A DNA stretch of 64,000 nt from Caecitellus pseudoparvulus (taxonomy: Eukaryota; Protista; Bigyra: Bicosoecida), in NCBI GenBank assembly GCA_965644315.1, contig CBFFRQ010000031.1, forward strand, positions 1-64,000, written 5' to 3'. Position numbers and translations under genes: made by a program. Each line of letters begins with the position of its first letter. Within the stretch, counting starts at the first letter, position 1. The notes below the pieces were generated by a model. The model had not been told where the DNA came from. It saw nothing but the letters and a program-made list of their open reading frames with translations, and made no database searches. Of this stretch, positions 44,001 to 56,195 are shown one piece after another.

Positions 44001-45544
44001 GTCCTGACTTTGGCCCACAGGCTACTCTCCAGCATGGAACTCCAAGCTTGCGCACGGACTTGCTCTTCTCCAATCGCGCGACAGGCTTGCAGTAGAGCTG
44101 CCCAGGTCGTTTGAATACCAGGAGAGCCTCGGCAGGCAGCCTGGACAGCACGGAGCGCCAGGCTGCTGTCGCGCTCCTGCTCAGGGCGATCTGTTGCTGC
44201 CAAGCCCGCCAGTAACAGAGATGCTGCATCGCTCCACGATGGAGCGTCTGGCTGGTCAAGAAAGGGGTCGAGCAAGCCACGTATGGCTGACAACGGCGCC
44301 CTCGAACACACAGTTTGCGCTGCTCCATCCAGAGCAGAAACCGGGGCCTGGCAGAGCGCGGCTAGTGCAACACCAGCAACTACAGAGGGGCTTTGGAGTC
44401 GGGAGCATTCGAGAATAACTTGCCATTCAGGCCCTTGACCTTCCCAGGCACGACTCCAACGGACCATTCGCTCTGACAATGCCTGGCAAGGCACAGCTCC
44501 CAGCCGCGGCGCTGCTGCGCAAAACAGAGCCACAGTTGCAACACTTGGGGAAGCAACGTCAACACTCGTAATGAGTTTTCCCAAGACACCCTGCCAGTGC
44601 CCCTTCACCGCATGCTCCCCTTCAGCCAAGCTTCCTCCTCGGGTCAGGAGCACACACACAGTGGCAGTGCCAAGCCCGCGGGCAGCCTTGCTCAACTCCA
44701 AGCTGGGTTCAAGGATCGAAACGGGCACCTCCGCCTCCTCGAACCAATTGGACCTCGCAGCTCTGCCCCCGTCATGATCGCCGCTCAAGTCTTCACTGGC
44801 TGGGGCACTCGCGTGGGCGGCGGTGTCAACGGGAGCTGCGCCACCAACTGACGCACGAAGACGTCTCACGAGAGACGTCACTTCCTCGATGAGCACCCCT
44901 GACACCATCCGCTGGGCGACAGAGCGCTCAGCACTGCCGGCGCCTGCATCTGCTGCCTTGCAATCTGGCAGTGAAATGCTCAAAGGGGGAGGGAGACTCC
45001 CCAGCGCACCCAGCACGGCGCAGGCTGCAGACACCCACGCTGAGCTGATTTCACCTGTTGACAGGGCTTTGACCACTAGCGGTGGTATCCACAGGCGAGC
45101 GCATGAGTCTTGAAGCTCAGCTGGCAGCTCTCCGCAGCTCGCCAGTGCAAAACCAGCAGCTTCAGGGAACTCGTCCAGGAATCGAGGCAGCCCCAGCACC
45201 ACAGCCGCTTGCAACGTTCCACGAGGGCGTGAGTGGGTCAAACAATGCGCTATTCCAAGAATGAAAGTTTCGATGGCATGCGATGGTGCTGAGCTGCCTT
45301 GCAGCGCGAGCAGACACTGCTCTGCTACGCCAGCAGCGTTTCGCTGAATGTGCTGTTTCCACGGAGCAGGCACACCTTCTTGGTCTTGCGGGGGGAACAA
45401 CTCATCGGGACCAAGCCCTTCTACTACCAACATCCCATGCTCCGTTCGGAGCTGGGGCAGCTCCAGCAAGCTCTCACAAGCTGCCACTGCAGCTGGCGTA
45501 GACCTGCGCATGTGGGGCGAAACGCCAGTGCACGCTGCGGCCAC
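38057..45544 (-). CDS. Large helical-repeat protein with a ConA/LamG-like domain, resembling the N-terminal part of neurobeachin/LRBA proteins
   Basis: 2495-aa ORF. LNLALWIRP..WHHIGLSI..LWVN fits a LamG-like fold and ARM-like helical segments follow. No BEACH or WD40 domain is seen. Confidence 0.55.
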   Translation of the reverse strand: MAAACTGVSPHMRRSTPAAVAACESLLELPQLRTEHGMLVVEGLGPDELFPPQDQEGVPAPWKQHIQRNAAGVAEQCLLALQGSSAPSHAIETFILGIAHCLTHSRPRGTLQAAVVLGLPRFLDEFPEAAGFALASCGELPAELQDSCARLWIPPLVVKALSTGEISSAWVSAACAVLGALGSLPPPLSISLPDCKAADAGAGSAERSVAQRMVSGVLIEEVTSLVRRLRASVGGAAPVDTAAHASAPASEDLSGDHDGGRAARSNWFEEAEVPVSILEPSLELSKAARGLGTATVCVLLTRGGSLAEGEHAVKGHWQGVLGKLITSVDVASPSVATVALFCAAAPRLGAVPCQALSERMVRWSRAWEGQGPEWQVILECSRLQSPSVVAGVALAALCQAPVSALDGAAQTVCSRAPLSAIRGLLDPFLDQPDAPSWSDAASLLLAGLAATDRPEQERDSSLALRAVQAACRGSPGIQTTWAALLQACRAIGEEQVRAQAWSSMLESSLWAKVRTSGSCVVLADSLMAACAWPSDEGCASARALGDQAAQALVHRLQTDCAQAARAVRDLLATLDDSTADATSTAAARARLLQSGMVQGLVQLARGEETAQTLKGMGFDVAEACLGVLGPGGAGVRRAQAALEPAWLASHLHALVSCCSVSSVGKLCLTLCCWAESPQAGGLCGVTWHCAADRRSGPFELAATQGGVDEAASRSQSRYILCAHVGWARPLLELLSCISPEAACDVLRTLEWAARVSDTVASTWSCPAFTNSLLGLMATASVDVLPCVTTLCVALFDFRCTAEDVTTLLACSILPTAASTAVRMKDKAAKKVEAARMARARAAREAAALSATSPQNSSSLAWESSLSEPAVARQGSLAILQRYEDLQLQLLFMIGCLLESPLQPPLSGWVGRAVTSGHLLPVAPHDGPGLNLALWIRPELSPLHHADHVQVIASECATGRLSVELHAAKGGCMLVLCFHALHGQAWQEVARIAFPEFVLPGQGAQWHHIGLSICSVEHSNGVSAGLWVNTSEVARKVAPLPDLSVDDLARAPWSLCGTCGLGAYTGGIGCVVLAAGPSWTPQVLHELRAWPSPSAQLGGSEQESLAATLSAANLTPTAVWGVLTGGQPQRGSGQPQALAAAHSSTPRTGSDAPGESSATTSTSLPNPVPRPRIRDSMLAVATTQPALSLEGDSAAASGADMRLGLLTALLPMLTASPRQQQAALRVVVQLVGRPAPGLSTPSLGEWWSGNDGFAALEYVLLSQLQRCRIKFANLQSSMIEAISFASPDMTSPFSDSAPVETHRESTLAAMLWSREAFAELFDMMPADSACSGAADAYASARGGAVDSAASSTTQSTSVPSMLGGRTAQRRTLLRHASGGARRLTQGAALDLILSLLPFCDAVMVTGATQAPAVRGSVSDSALSLVARRLTGVQAKVGDEVAESLLEDAASLEAWFALRDKASSQRGVGDGPGLARLLDLLRLAYPHLLPPSPLADGLLVPTEEIALLSQGNRRLRTPLLAALRRSLLHCGQGGPSSPSKYQTLPLVDAAAFVSFLHAAASQSKASTTAGAGSLAMVADVVSTLLMGLMSAGGTVLLQRIIDASDNIWTLPMVLLDCSLPAVRCSGIKLLSVLLQRQGKHAEACAFIVAGGVHAVAASLARWSITSDIVQALLGLIAGYFRAGVDPTDPASGGLGGLRREGSKGSLAGSSDHGSRRFNAWHHGSELSFEQPAFLNALFMLLAHCRDGQVVLRALSDIERAVSVSRTAAAHENISAWLSTGNWFRSLCSFEAAWRDGGYASASSLAQLASAMYDGPEGAAAGDRGLTLPGSSVRHPVFASADGTSTVSSSLLDMELLGGHTELAATRAASDVAAGSGREGQEDATSGIGAGSAHTAGVPARSLEGSDSTTGRVEARDACLGDAPAADGGGVSVDGSLGHEPFGSGSVGDAIVAGVHALLQLVLVHDLHMRSSSRSKYANGALGQQSFSTVHAALGQGKGWQDILKSSDDAAMQVAALRAVLHGIHRDARLPGDTAETFAVSFSKLVRSIVSLLGHMCPSSLFVHAVGIINLLTMTNPPEVRSKLSSAGLMGTRDLLCVTMLQRCGAALDAEAEVVAALEPAFESVAVNCAAHIKECSGSVRLLHLALLAAKAGERDFAAVMLRMCGAFMRASDEALRAVAKCTDDPWLLAQLLSGMEVPASTLGAGGSWLSMTSWRYGTTAAAAAATMHAPSGASDARKAPAAEQTEPAPLAASTDSLVLWLEQQLQAPPVPPMSALIDNVRDSVAVALAAGQKNEAKVQAARARAARARLAKVGAAMETLTRQVRAIGAQAVEAVAAGRRAEAARAAVRDAQRRARLAKGHRLWRGAKAMVSQMLAGEPRFGLRADGREASGSDVAEKQLEGTHEGLSATSSGLDDATLSLPGLRRVKVSRRPRTSTLSSPTAGKLGGDGARTSAGRGEATAGMGDFDFGHLWQETLRGGGRDQVREAVSCSAAPST

Positions 45545-46211
45545 ACGCCCACTGAGCGCAGCGTTCGCACCCAGCTGTGCTTCCTGCTACATGGCCTGCG
45601 CTTGCGTGCACATCTGCCATGTCTCTGCGTCCGTGGTCAGGCACTTGTAGTCGCGCTTCTATCAAGCCAGCCGTGCAAGTTTAGCTGGCCCAAGCGCCTT
45701 GCAGTGAGCTGACGCCCGAGCTTGGAAGGGCTTTCAGAGCCCAGCAAAGCGAAAACACCGACAGGTGGGGATGCTAAGCTCTTAAGATGGAACAAATTCA
45801 AGAAATCGTTCGCTTCTCTTTTCGATTGAGGAGGTCTTTGAGATGTACTAGTGAATGAATGCTTCAGTATGAACCACTCGTGCTAGACTGTGAGAGGAGA
45901 CTAGATCGTCGACTGGCTCAGCGTTCACAGGCCCTCTTGAGCTTGCCGGAGTGTATGACTGGGCACCTGCTTCCTTCACCGCACACGTGACGGACCCGGC
46001 ATGTGTCTCATCGTGAGAGCACGTTGGGCTTCCTTGCACTGAGCGCTGGCGTGAGCTCTCTTTCGTGCATGGCTTGGATTTGGATAATCGCACATGCCGA
46101 TAAAATACACCTCTCCGCCTGGAAACCAGCACACTGACATGCCCATCCTCACGCTGCTAGCAGTCTGCTGCAGTCACCTTCGTTTCCGATCCGCCTCACA
46201 CAACTGTCGCC

Positions 46212-47051
46212 ATGGCTGACGGAGACGTCAAGATCACCCTGTCCAGCCAGGTGCGTGTCCGCCCCCCGGCGCCGCTTCCCTTGCCTGGGCGACATGGCTG
46301 CGAACTGTGCGGCGTACACAGGAAGGCACCCGCTTTGAGGTCCCTCTGCGAGTCGCGAACATGAGCAAGCTCGTGGAGACCATGACAGAGGATGGAGGTG
46401 CGTCGTCGCTGAGAAACTGGCCGAAACGCCGACGGCACGCCCCCCTTCCCTGGCCCTGCAGACACCGAGGAGGAGGTTCCCCTCATGGACGTCAAGGCCT
46501 CTGTCCTGGAGAAGGTCATTCAATTCTGCACGCACCATGCAGACCCCGCGAATGCCTTCCCCGACATCGAAAAGGTTCGCTCTGCCACCAGCTGCACTTC
46601 CGATGCTACCACGCCAACTTCCACCTTGCCGCTCTCTCATCCCAGCCCTTGAAAACGGCAAACTTGGCCGAGGTAGTGCCTCAGTGGGATGCTTCCTTTG
46701 TGGAGGTGGAACAAGAAATGCTCTTTGAGCTCATCTTGGTGAGGTCGACGTGCACGTGGCCTGAGCCGCTCCATGGCTGCACCCAGCAACTGCACCTGCA
46801 CAGGCCGCGAACTACCTGGACATCAAGCCGCTCCTGGACCTCACCTGTGCCAAGGTTGCTACCATGATGAAGGGCAAGACTCCAGAGGAGATTAGGAAGG
46901 TCTTCAACATCAAGAACGACTTCACGCCTGTCCGTGCTTGCGAGGCGTGCGCCGCTCTACACGCACCCCTGCACGCTGCCACTGCGCCGGCCTTGCACAG
47001 GAGGAAGAGGCGCAGGTGAGGGAGGAGAACAGGTGGTGTGAAGAGGCTTGA
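46212..47051 (+). CDS. SKP1: SKP1 (SCF ubiquitin ligase adaptor), 6 exons
   Basis: Exons 46212-46250, 46321-46397, 46462-46574, 46646-46738, 46804-46929 and 47001-47051 with GT-AG introns. They give ..[85 protein letters not shown]. Confidence 0.97.
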
Positions 47052-47268
47052 GGACTCTGTCCTGCTGGGTGGAAGGGGCGGCTCGAAGTGACGCGCGATG
47101 CGTGGTTGAGGCTGTTGCCCCCCTGCGCTGCCACCACTGCTGTCTTCGTGCCTTGGCAAAATGCACAACTTCTCCGCGGATGCATGAAGCTTGCCTCCCT
47201 GTCCGTGCACGTGCCTGGCGAAGCCGCCTCCCCCATGCCTGTGCGCCTGGGCATGCGTCACAGCAAGC

Positions 47269-50200
47269 ATGGCTTCGCTGTGCAAAAGGAAGCCACTGTT
47301 GCTTGGCCTCCTGGCGCTCGCTGCCTTCACAGTCCCACTCAAGGCCGACGTCTTGAGTGCTTCCCTTGTAGGTTTGAATGTATCCTTCGCCGCTGTGAGT
47401 GTTTGGCGGCTGCATTGCTGCCTCAAACGCTGGCGTTGCAACGTGAAACTCTCTGCGTTTTGCGAGTAGAGTTGCTCAAATGGACGATCTGCATTTGTGT
47501 GGGGTGGCCTTCACGCACAAAGTAGCGATGATGTGCACGGTCAGGCGCCCGTACTGAGCTTCTCATCTCGGTCAGGCCGTGCACTGGACATGCACTCCCA
47601 CTCCACGCCACTGGACTGGACTGGTGCTTGGACCCGCACACTCGCGTCCACTGGCGAGAAAAGGCTGTACACGATTCGGGCACTGGGTGTGTAGGGCGCG
47701 TGTTTCGAAGGGATCCCTTGCCTCCGCCCAGCAGAGACCCATTTTTCACGACCACCGCTCCCCTTCCTCCGCGCAGAACCTGGACGGCTCGGTATCTTCA
47801 GCTTCAGCTCCACCTCCGGGCATTTTCTCAAAGGTATGCGATTGACGCATTGTAGGTTGCTTCATGGATCCATTTGCGTGCCTCACCCTACCACGCAGGA
47901 GTAATTGAAGGGTGGGGGGGGCTGGGAGGTCTGCCCGCCAACGCTTCGCTCAGCATCCACAGTGAGACTGCCTGGCTTGACCCTTCAGCGGGCGAAGGCT
48001 CACACTTGGCAGAGTCTCGAGCCCGAATCTCGATGCAAGTTCCCTTTGCTTCCTTTCAGACCGCTGCTGCAGTCTGGGAGCGTGTGACCCCACCGCACAC
48101 GGCGTTCGGCGCGGGCATCTGCCTGAACGCAAGCGTCGTCTCGTTCGGCGGGGGTGGGCCAGACCTTGCCACCCCTGGGCCTCAATTGTCAAGCGCTGCC
48201 TGGGGCTTTGATGCATCGTCCCAAACGTGGCAAGGGGTGCCGATGCGGGCGTGGGAGAACCCAGCGTTCTGTGGCACAGCTCCCACCGGCGCGTGCTCTG
48301 TGCCGGGTGCGCGCAAAGGTCACACTCTGACCCCGCTGCCAGCTCAACTTGGCTACACCAATGACTCCACCTACTTGGACTGGAGGCTGCGAGGCCTTGG
48401 ATCTCGGGGCCATCTCTTCCCCCCTGCAGTGGAGGCGGCTCCGATGATCCCCACTCAGTGGACACAAGCAGAGGCTGGTGGGCACCCCACAGCCTTTGTC
48501 ATGATTGGAGGGATGGACAGCTCCTCTGCTGCCCTTGACGATGTTTGGTTTGGTACTGTTGATGCTGGGTCAGGGTCTTCCTCAGGCGCGGACTGGCGAG
48601 GCATCCAGTGGAAGCCGCTGATGTCGTCCTGTGCTGCTGTGTCTGCCGCTCACACCGCTGGGCACATTTCCCTCTCAGAATATGCGCTGACGCCTGCGCA
48701 GGTTTCTGCGTGTACGATGCAGCAACCCCCAGGACGCTTCTTCCACACGACGTCGCTGCACAGGTCAGGGGAAGGCAGGACCTGTGTCGTTGTGTTCGGG
48801 GGACGCTCAGAAGGAGCGGTGCTGGGTGATGCGTGGCGCCTTTGCCCTCTGCAGAACCCATATGCCCCCTTGCTGTGGGAAGAGCTCACAGGGACTTGGC
48901 ACGGAGACCAGGCAACTGTTGCAAGGCAGAAGCGGTTCTTGCACTCTGGGGTTGCGCTGCAAAACAAGCTCTTTGTGGTGGGGGGGCTGGGGGCGCATGG
49001 GACGTTGCAGCGAAGCGCCTTCGTTGCAGATGTCAACACGGGCGCGCTGTCATACCCGGGCGGGTACCGCGATGAGGAATCATGGGCATCAATGGTCAGC
49101 GTTGGGGCCATTCGAGCCGCATCTCGAAACTCCACAGGGAGCAGCTCGATTGCACTCAAGGCCGCTGGTTCGAGCGGACAAGAACCATGGACAGCGGGAG
49201 CAGCCAGCGCGGTCTTGCTTCTTGAGGCAGCCTCCAGCAGTAGCACAGATGGGCTCCCTCTCCAGACAGTGCCTCAAGCTGGCGTGCTTGTACTGGTGGG
49301 GGGCTGGGCTGGAAGCGGCGCGGAGCCGGAAGCTGTCGTTCGCTGGGTGGCAAACGTGACATCAGTTTGCCCGCCTGGGGCGGCTGGGAACGCAACTTGG
49401 AGCATCAGCAAACAGTCGTTCAGCTGCTCTGCGTGCACTCCTGGTCGGTTCTCAGTCGGAAACACGGCAGAGTGCTCTGTGTGCCGAGCGGGCACGTTCC
49501 AGCCTGCATTTGGCCAGTCAGCTTGCGATCAATGTGCTCTGGGTCGCGTTGGGACTAAAGAGGGGCAGTCTTCATCGACATCATGCGTGAATTGCGCCCC
49601 TGGTCTATTTTCTGCCCATCTCGGAGCTTCAGTCTGCTCCAGCTGTGGTCCTGGTCGCTTCGCAAACGAGCACGGAGCGACTGCGTGTACTTCGTGCACT
49701 GCAGGCATGGCCAATGCCAGGCACAATCAAACTTCGTGCACTGATTGCCCCGAGGGTCGCTTCGCGCCCTTCGACGAAGCATCTGCTTGCGAAGCGTGTG
49801 GCGCAGGGCTCTTCGCGCCGCTTTCAGCCTCTGACTCCTGCTTGCCGTGTTCCCCAGGAACGCACAGCCATGGACCTGGAGCTCACATGTGTCAACGCTG
49901 CCGTGCCGGTACATTTGGTACATCATGGGGTGCGACCTCTGCCCAGTCTTGCGCCCCTTGTCCCGCTGGAAGGTACTCTGCCGTCGCTGGAGCCACAGCG
50001 TGCGACCTGTGTTTGGCAGGCCATGCCTCGAAGCAAGTAGGGGCAAACATGTCAGCCACGTGTGAGCTGTGTCGTCCGGGGTACTTCTCAGCGGACCATG
50101 GAAGCAAGGAGTGCTTTGCATGCCCGTTGGGAAGGTACGGTGCCGTGCACGGTTCAACGTCTTGCGTTGCCTGTCCAAGCGGAAGGTACGGGGACATGGC

Positions 50201-53200
50201 ACCTTCCACGGCAGCCACAGACTGTCTTTCCTGCCCTTCAGAGAAGCCAAACTCAGTTGCGGGCTCTACTTCACAACTTGCATGTGTTCTGTGCGAGAGT
50301 GGATACATGCCCACTGCGTCTGGCTGCCAGCCTTGCCCCGCCGGCAGGTGGAGCGCTGCAGACGCCTCTCTTGAGAGGCTGCAGGCAGCTGTGCAGCACA
50401 AGGACGACTCCCACATCCCTGCAGGACCCCTTCGGCATGGAAGCGTTTTCCCAGGTGTCACCCTGCTCAGCGGCGGTGCATGCTTGCCCTGCCCAGCAGG
50501 GCACTTCTCCCTCTCGGCAAGTGCAACTTGCACGGCATGCCCACAAGGAACAAGCTCCAGCCCTGGATCAGAAACCTGCCTGCCATGCAGTGCAGCAGCG
50601 GGTTGTCCTCGGGGTAGGAATGGTCAAGTTTGTAGTGGACATGGGCAGTGTATGTTCGGAGGCTGCATCTGCGCGAAAGAGTGGCGTGGAGCATTTGACT
50701 GTTCACGGCCCGCATGTGAAGGCCAGTGTGCACCGGTTGGTGCACGCTTTGCAAGCTCCATCTTCGTAGCTTCTCAGGAAAGCGGTGCGGTCTTCCGCAG
50801 TGGCGCAGGATCTGTTCGATCGAGCTTGCTTCCCTCGTTTCCGCCGGCATGTGCCAGGCGCACGGCGCTGGAGCCCCTTGTCTTCGTTGACCTCCGCATT
50901 CCGGCCGAGAACTCCCAGGGCGGGAATTACAGTCTGCGTGTAACAAGTAGTGGGGAACTTCCTGCCGCTGTCAACGTCACAGCCACGCTGTACCCCTCCG
51001 AGGCTGTTGCCACCATAGCAGATGCTCCGTTTGAACCGGAGGGGTCGACCGCCACCTTTTGCTCGAGTGCAGCTTCGCCCCCGCTCCACGAACACTCAAC
51101 ATCGTACCCCAGCATGGCAGTGGCACCAGGCACAAGCATTCCCATTCAGACAAGTGGTGCAGGAAGGGCTCTGGTTTCGCTCTCGTTAGTGTCGTCAGAC
51201 ACAGGACCACTTTGGCGCTGCTTAGAGCTCCGGCTCCAGCTGTCCAACAGAAGCAACAGCTCAGTGTCAGACACTGCTGCTGTCGTGTGGTCACAGGGGC
51301 GCCGAGATGGCGGGGTGCTTCGCCTGGAAACTGCCGCAGATGGAAGCTCCCTCCGCTCTTGGCCTGCTGTCGTGCAGGCCCCGCCTGGCAAAGTTGTGCA
51401 GGTGAACGTTTCCATGTCCCCAGCTGCTCTGCAAGCCCATGACAGGTTGGCCTGCGATCTCGTTCTGGTCTTAGTGCCATCAACTTACAGCCTTGTGGAA
51501 AGTTTCAATGTTCGTTCACTGTTGGAGCCGGCGCTGAGAAGCATCGCAACTGGCCAGGTCAATGTGCGGGCGAACATTGTCATCATGATCAATGGAACGG
51601 CTTCTCAGGTTGCTTCAGACTGGTCGTCAGATTGGGGCAGTCTTGCGGATCAGGCGGCTCAAGCCATCCTTGGTTGCTGCGCCACTGATGGGGGCTCGGA
51701 CTTGGCGCCGCTGTGGAGCGAAGAGCTCAAAAGCTCCCTCACGGACAAGTGGCGCTGGATCGCGGGCACGCCCACGCACAGACAGGTGATCATTGTCACA
51801 GGTAGCCGCGTGGGAGGACTCTGGAAGAACGACACTCTTGCAGCCTTTGCTCGTGGGCTGTCACTTGATCTCGCGCTGGTTAACGTGCTAGGAACGCTGC
51901 CGCCACCCTCATCGGCGCTTGAAAGTCGTCTCGTACACTCCCAGCAGCTCGCAACCGCTGCCCGTGACTTTCCCGCAAGCCTTCAGCGCGCAGTGCTCCG
52001 CTCTTTCAACTGCACATGGCCAGCGCGAAGCTCTCGAACTGCCAGCCTTGTGCCGCTATCTGCCTTCCCGGTTTGCTGGGAGGAGACTAGCGGCCACCTT
52101 GTGTTTCTTCCATTCAATGTCTCTTGCACTGCTTGCACATCTAGCGGGACAGCGACAGGTGCCCTGTCGCAGAGCAGTTCGGATGACTTTCCTCTGCATG
52201 TTCCAGGAGAGCGCTCCGTTACCGTGCGCGTGCTGGCGGTTGACACCGACACGGTGTGCAACCAAAGGCACGTGGAGCAAGCTGTGGCGGGACTTGACCT
52301 GCCGTTTGCACTTCCCAGTATTGAAAGTGGTGCAGAATGGGCGCGCAATGACTCGTCGGTGCGAGCAGGCTCACTTGATGCTGAAGAAGCCCAGCAGCTG
52401 TGGCGGGCAGCTGCTCTGAAGCTGAGCCCGTTGCACAATGTGTCGTGGAGAGGGTTGGTGCCACTTCCAGCCCCAGCAGAACCAAGTGCACCATGGGACA
52501 AGGGGGCAGGCTCTCCGTGGGCCAGTGCTAGGGTGAGTCTCGCGAGCAGTCCCAGTTCTCCGCAGCACACGGATGCTTCTGGCCAACCGATGCCCAGTCG
52601 AGTGGAGGCCGATGATCATCCTAGCTGGGGCTCGGAGCTGCACGAAGAGCCAATAGTCTGGAACCTTGGAGCTAATGCCACCGACCAAGGAGCGTTCTTT
52701 GAAGACTCTGTTGCTATAACGCTGGATCCCCCATCGCAGAAGCCAGTGCCAATCTTCGTGAGGGCATACTCTCGAGTGCTCGGAGAGCCTGAGAGGGACG
52801 CCTACCCCCACCTGCACCAACTTCAGCTCTGGGTCTCGTACTTAGCCTTTCCTCAAAGCACGCCCGCTGTCCCGCACAGGCGGTGGAGCCCCGCCCCATC
52901 ACTGAATAGGCACCACCTCACCTTTGGCACACCTCCGTCCCTTCAAGGGTTCGCCTTCCACAAGTGGCAAGAGCTGGTGGACGGGTACTACGCAACGAAC
53001 CTGTCTTGGGCCTCGGAACACACAGTCCCTAGTCTGGACATAGTGATGGACAGCTCCCTCACTTCCAGCTCGCCAGAGCTCGGCAACGCTGCCCAAGCCC
53101 CAAACTGTTCAAGCGCATTCCCTTCCTCACCTGCATGTGCCTACAGCATCAGCCAGAACGCGACAGATATGACACTAGCACTTGCCTTGAACTTTTCCAG

Positions 53201-56195
53201 CTCACCTGATTGGGAGTTCCGTTGGGCCGCGTTCTTCCCAGAGGCAACCCTGGCCGCAGCAACCATCAGACTGGTGTACTCTGACAGCCCCGGCTCCACT
53301 GCCCAGTTCACCTCGCTGGGGCTCGGCGTCTTGCCCGAAACACAGTGCCTTGCACCAAACGGTACGTACGCAGCACTGCCATCCATGTTCAGACTTGCAT
53401 CAAAAGTGTCCAGTCCAGGACTCAGTGACTCCACCCCAGCGCTGGCTGCTGATGAGTTGCCAACCCCCACGGCAATGCGGCTTGCAAGCGGCGCTTGGCA
53501 AGACATTGGCGGCACGGGGCTTGAACTTGACGAAAATGGACGGATGCACATGAAGAGTAAGCGCAGGGACCAGGCATTGTCTCAGCTAAGTGGCTTGACA
53601 GAGAGAACAGAAGAGTGCACAAGCGGGGGGCTAGGAGCCACGATGTTCTGGGACACAGCTATGGTCGCAGGCCAGTCTCCAAGTCAGCGACCCCTGAGGC
53701 ATCTGCCTGATGCATGTGATTCTAACTTGCCACGCCCTGCCATTGGCGTGCTGGGCGCAAAGCAATACTTTGATGCCTTGAGCAGCATGCGCCTGGAGCA
53801 GTGCCCCGCCAGCTTCGCATGCGCGGCGGGGCATGCTACCAAGTGTGGTCTGTTTGGTGCAGACTCGTACTCCCGTGGGGGGCAGCAATTGTGCACAGCC
53901 TGTCGGCAGGGTTTTGCGTGCTTTGCAGGCATCGCCTTGCCCTGCCCTTCCACGCACTTCCGAGACGCCCGGACACGGGCGTGTATTTCTTGCGAGGAAC
54001 GTGCAGGCACAACCTGTGCCGCAGGCGTGCTGTGGAACAGATGCCCCGTCGGTCGGTTCTATGCTTCGCGGAGCGCGGGTGCACCCGCCCACCAAGCTGG
54101 AACCTGCGTGCCCTGTGCCCGCGGAAAGTTTTCAGACTCTTTGGGAGCCACAGCTTGCTCACGGTGCGCACCCGGAAGGTCCGCTGCCTTTGGGAGGACT
54201 GCATGCTATGCATGCTCGCCAGGCTCATCCACAGATGACAGCGAACCTGGGCAGGAGCACTGGGGACACGGCCTGGTCCAGGGTAGCCAGCCAGTTTCCG
54301 AGCCTCCCGGACGTTTCTGTGTCTCTTGTGCGGCGGGGCGGTACAGCTCGCAGTCAGGCAGCTCAGTGTGTGAGTCATGCCCGCCGGGGGAGTTTTCCCA
54401 GGGTGCGCGCAGGCACTGCAGCTTGCTTCCTCGACGGCAGCCTCCCCTGGTCACCAGTCAACTCTCCAGTGGACTGGGAGGTCGCATCTTGGGACCCCTT
54501 GCGACCCAGGGCGATAACATGGTGCCAATAGACAGTTCTCATGATCCCGTCCAACCCCTGGTCTCCGATCCGCAGGATTCATTGGGGATTCCAGCGTGGC
54601 TTGAAGCCCCGACCTTCGCGACAGACCCACAGCGCGCCCCCTTCGCAACGGCATACTTCGCCTCGGCTGCCAGACTGCAGGCATTGTTTGGCAACATGGC
54701 CGCGCGAGGAAATCACACAAGCGCGACGGTAGGGTCGATCTCTGGAGTCGCAGTGATGCCACACGAGGCTTGTTCGCGAGACGGGCCTGGTCCATGCTCA
54801 TTCAGTCTCCCCAGGCGTGAAGGAACACAGAACATATGCCAAGAGTTGCATGCACTGCTTCAGAGAACAGGAACCCATGGGTTCACAGTGGCTAACCACA
54901 GTTGTCAGGCCCAACCATCGAACTGGGCTGACAGTGACCTTCGGGCGTTAAGCGAGGATCTGTCGCTGGCAGCATGGTTTGTACCTTTGCAATCTGCGAA
55001 CCTCCTAGCCATGTCGACAGCGGCCGCTCTACACCTGTCCGCACACAACTCATCCCACTCTGTTCAACTGATAGCAGAGGCTTTTCTCCCTACGAAGAGC
55101 TTCGCTCCATCTTGGGGCCGAGCGGCCATCGCTTTGTTGCCCGCGTCCAGTGTCAGCCAGCTGACCTGGTTTGATGTGGGCCTTGCAGCCGGCGCCCTCT
55201 CAGATGACAGCCTGAATGACACTGCAATTGAGGCCTTGGCAGTCATCGGGCACCCTCTCACCGCTGCCCCTCAGCAATCCGCTGTGGGGCACTTGTATCA
55301 AAGCTCACCGACCGCTCGAGCTGTTTCTAGCCTTCCTGTCGGGGGCGCGGCAGAGTGTACATTCATCGACCAGCCGTGGACGGACTGGGTCAAAGGAGAA
55401 CTACAGCCGCTGAGCAATGCTGGAGAAAAGAGTGCGCCTCGCCTTCGCGCTCTGCAACTGGCCCACGGTGCACTGGTGCTCAACTCGAAGAGGCCGTGGG
55501 CCATGCTGCAACACTGGCACTTCTTGTCCCCGCCACCCGCGCTTCCCACGGCGCTGCAAGCTGCGATGTTGGACATCTCGAAGTCATACGGACTCAACCT
55601 CCGAGCCCGCATGTTCCATCTTCTTGCTGTGGGTAGCCCAGGCTTCAGAGTCAGCGGCTGTGCGTTCCGCAACGTAACTGTGCCTCCCCTCCATGTGTCT
55701 CCGCATGCTGCCTCTGCCCCTGTGCACGTAGAGCTGCAGAGGAGAGGGTGGGCATCAGTGAACAGTGTTGTGCAGTATGTGCAGATCTTCTCTAACGTCT
55801 CTCGAGGAGACCCTGTCCCCGGCGTCGAGCTTGAGGAAGTGCCGTCCAGTGAGCCAACGCTTGTTGTACATTCCGACAGCGCGACCGGGCGGCCGGGTCC
55901 ATCAGCTATTCACGTTCCACCTGCCTACATTCTGCACAGACCAAATTGTGGCGAACCTGCTCTGTGCTACTTTCTCGTGCCTCAGTTTCTGCTTCGGGGA
56001 GTCGTGGAGACGTTTGAGCAGTACGAGTCCTGGTCCAGATCCTTCGAGGATCCGCTTCGGGAACCCCTGAGGCCACGAAACGGCAGCATACTTCTGGAAT
56101 CCCGCGTCACACAGCAATTGAACGATGTCTGGCTAGGCCTGATCCAGGAATGGCTCCGTGTTGAGGCCGCTGTGTGCACGTGCACCCGTCGTTAG
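47269..56195 (+). CDS. Giant secreted/surface protein with Kelch repeats, Cys-rich GCC2/GCC3 (ephrin-receptor-like) repeats and an EGF-like motif
   Basis: 2773-aa ORF 47874..56195 with Kelch motifs (PGARKGHTL, PPGRFFHTT, VVFGG, FVVGG), many C..C..G.F/Y repeats and CSGHGQC.FG.C.C. A signal-peptide-like exon starts at 47269 (MASLCKRKPLLLGLLALAAF). The 5' exon structure is uncertain. Confidence 0.75.
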
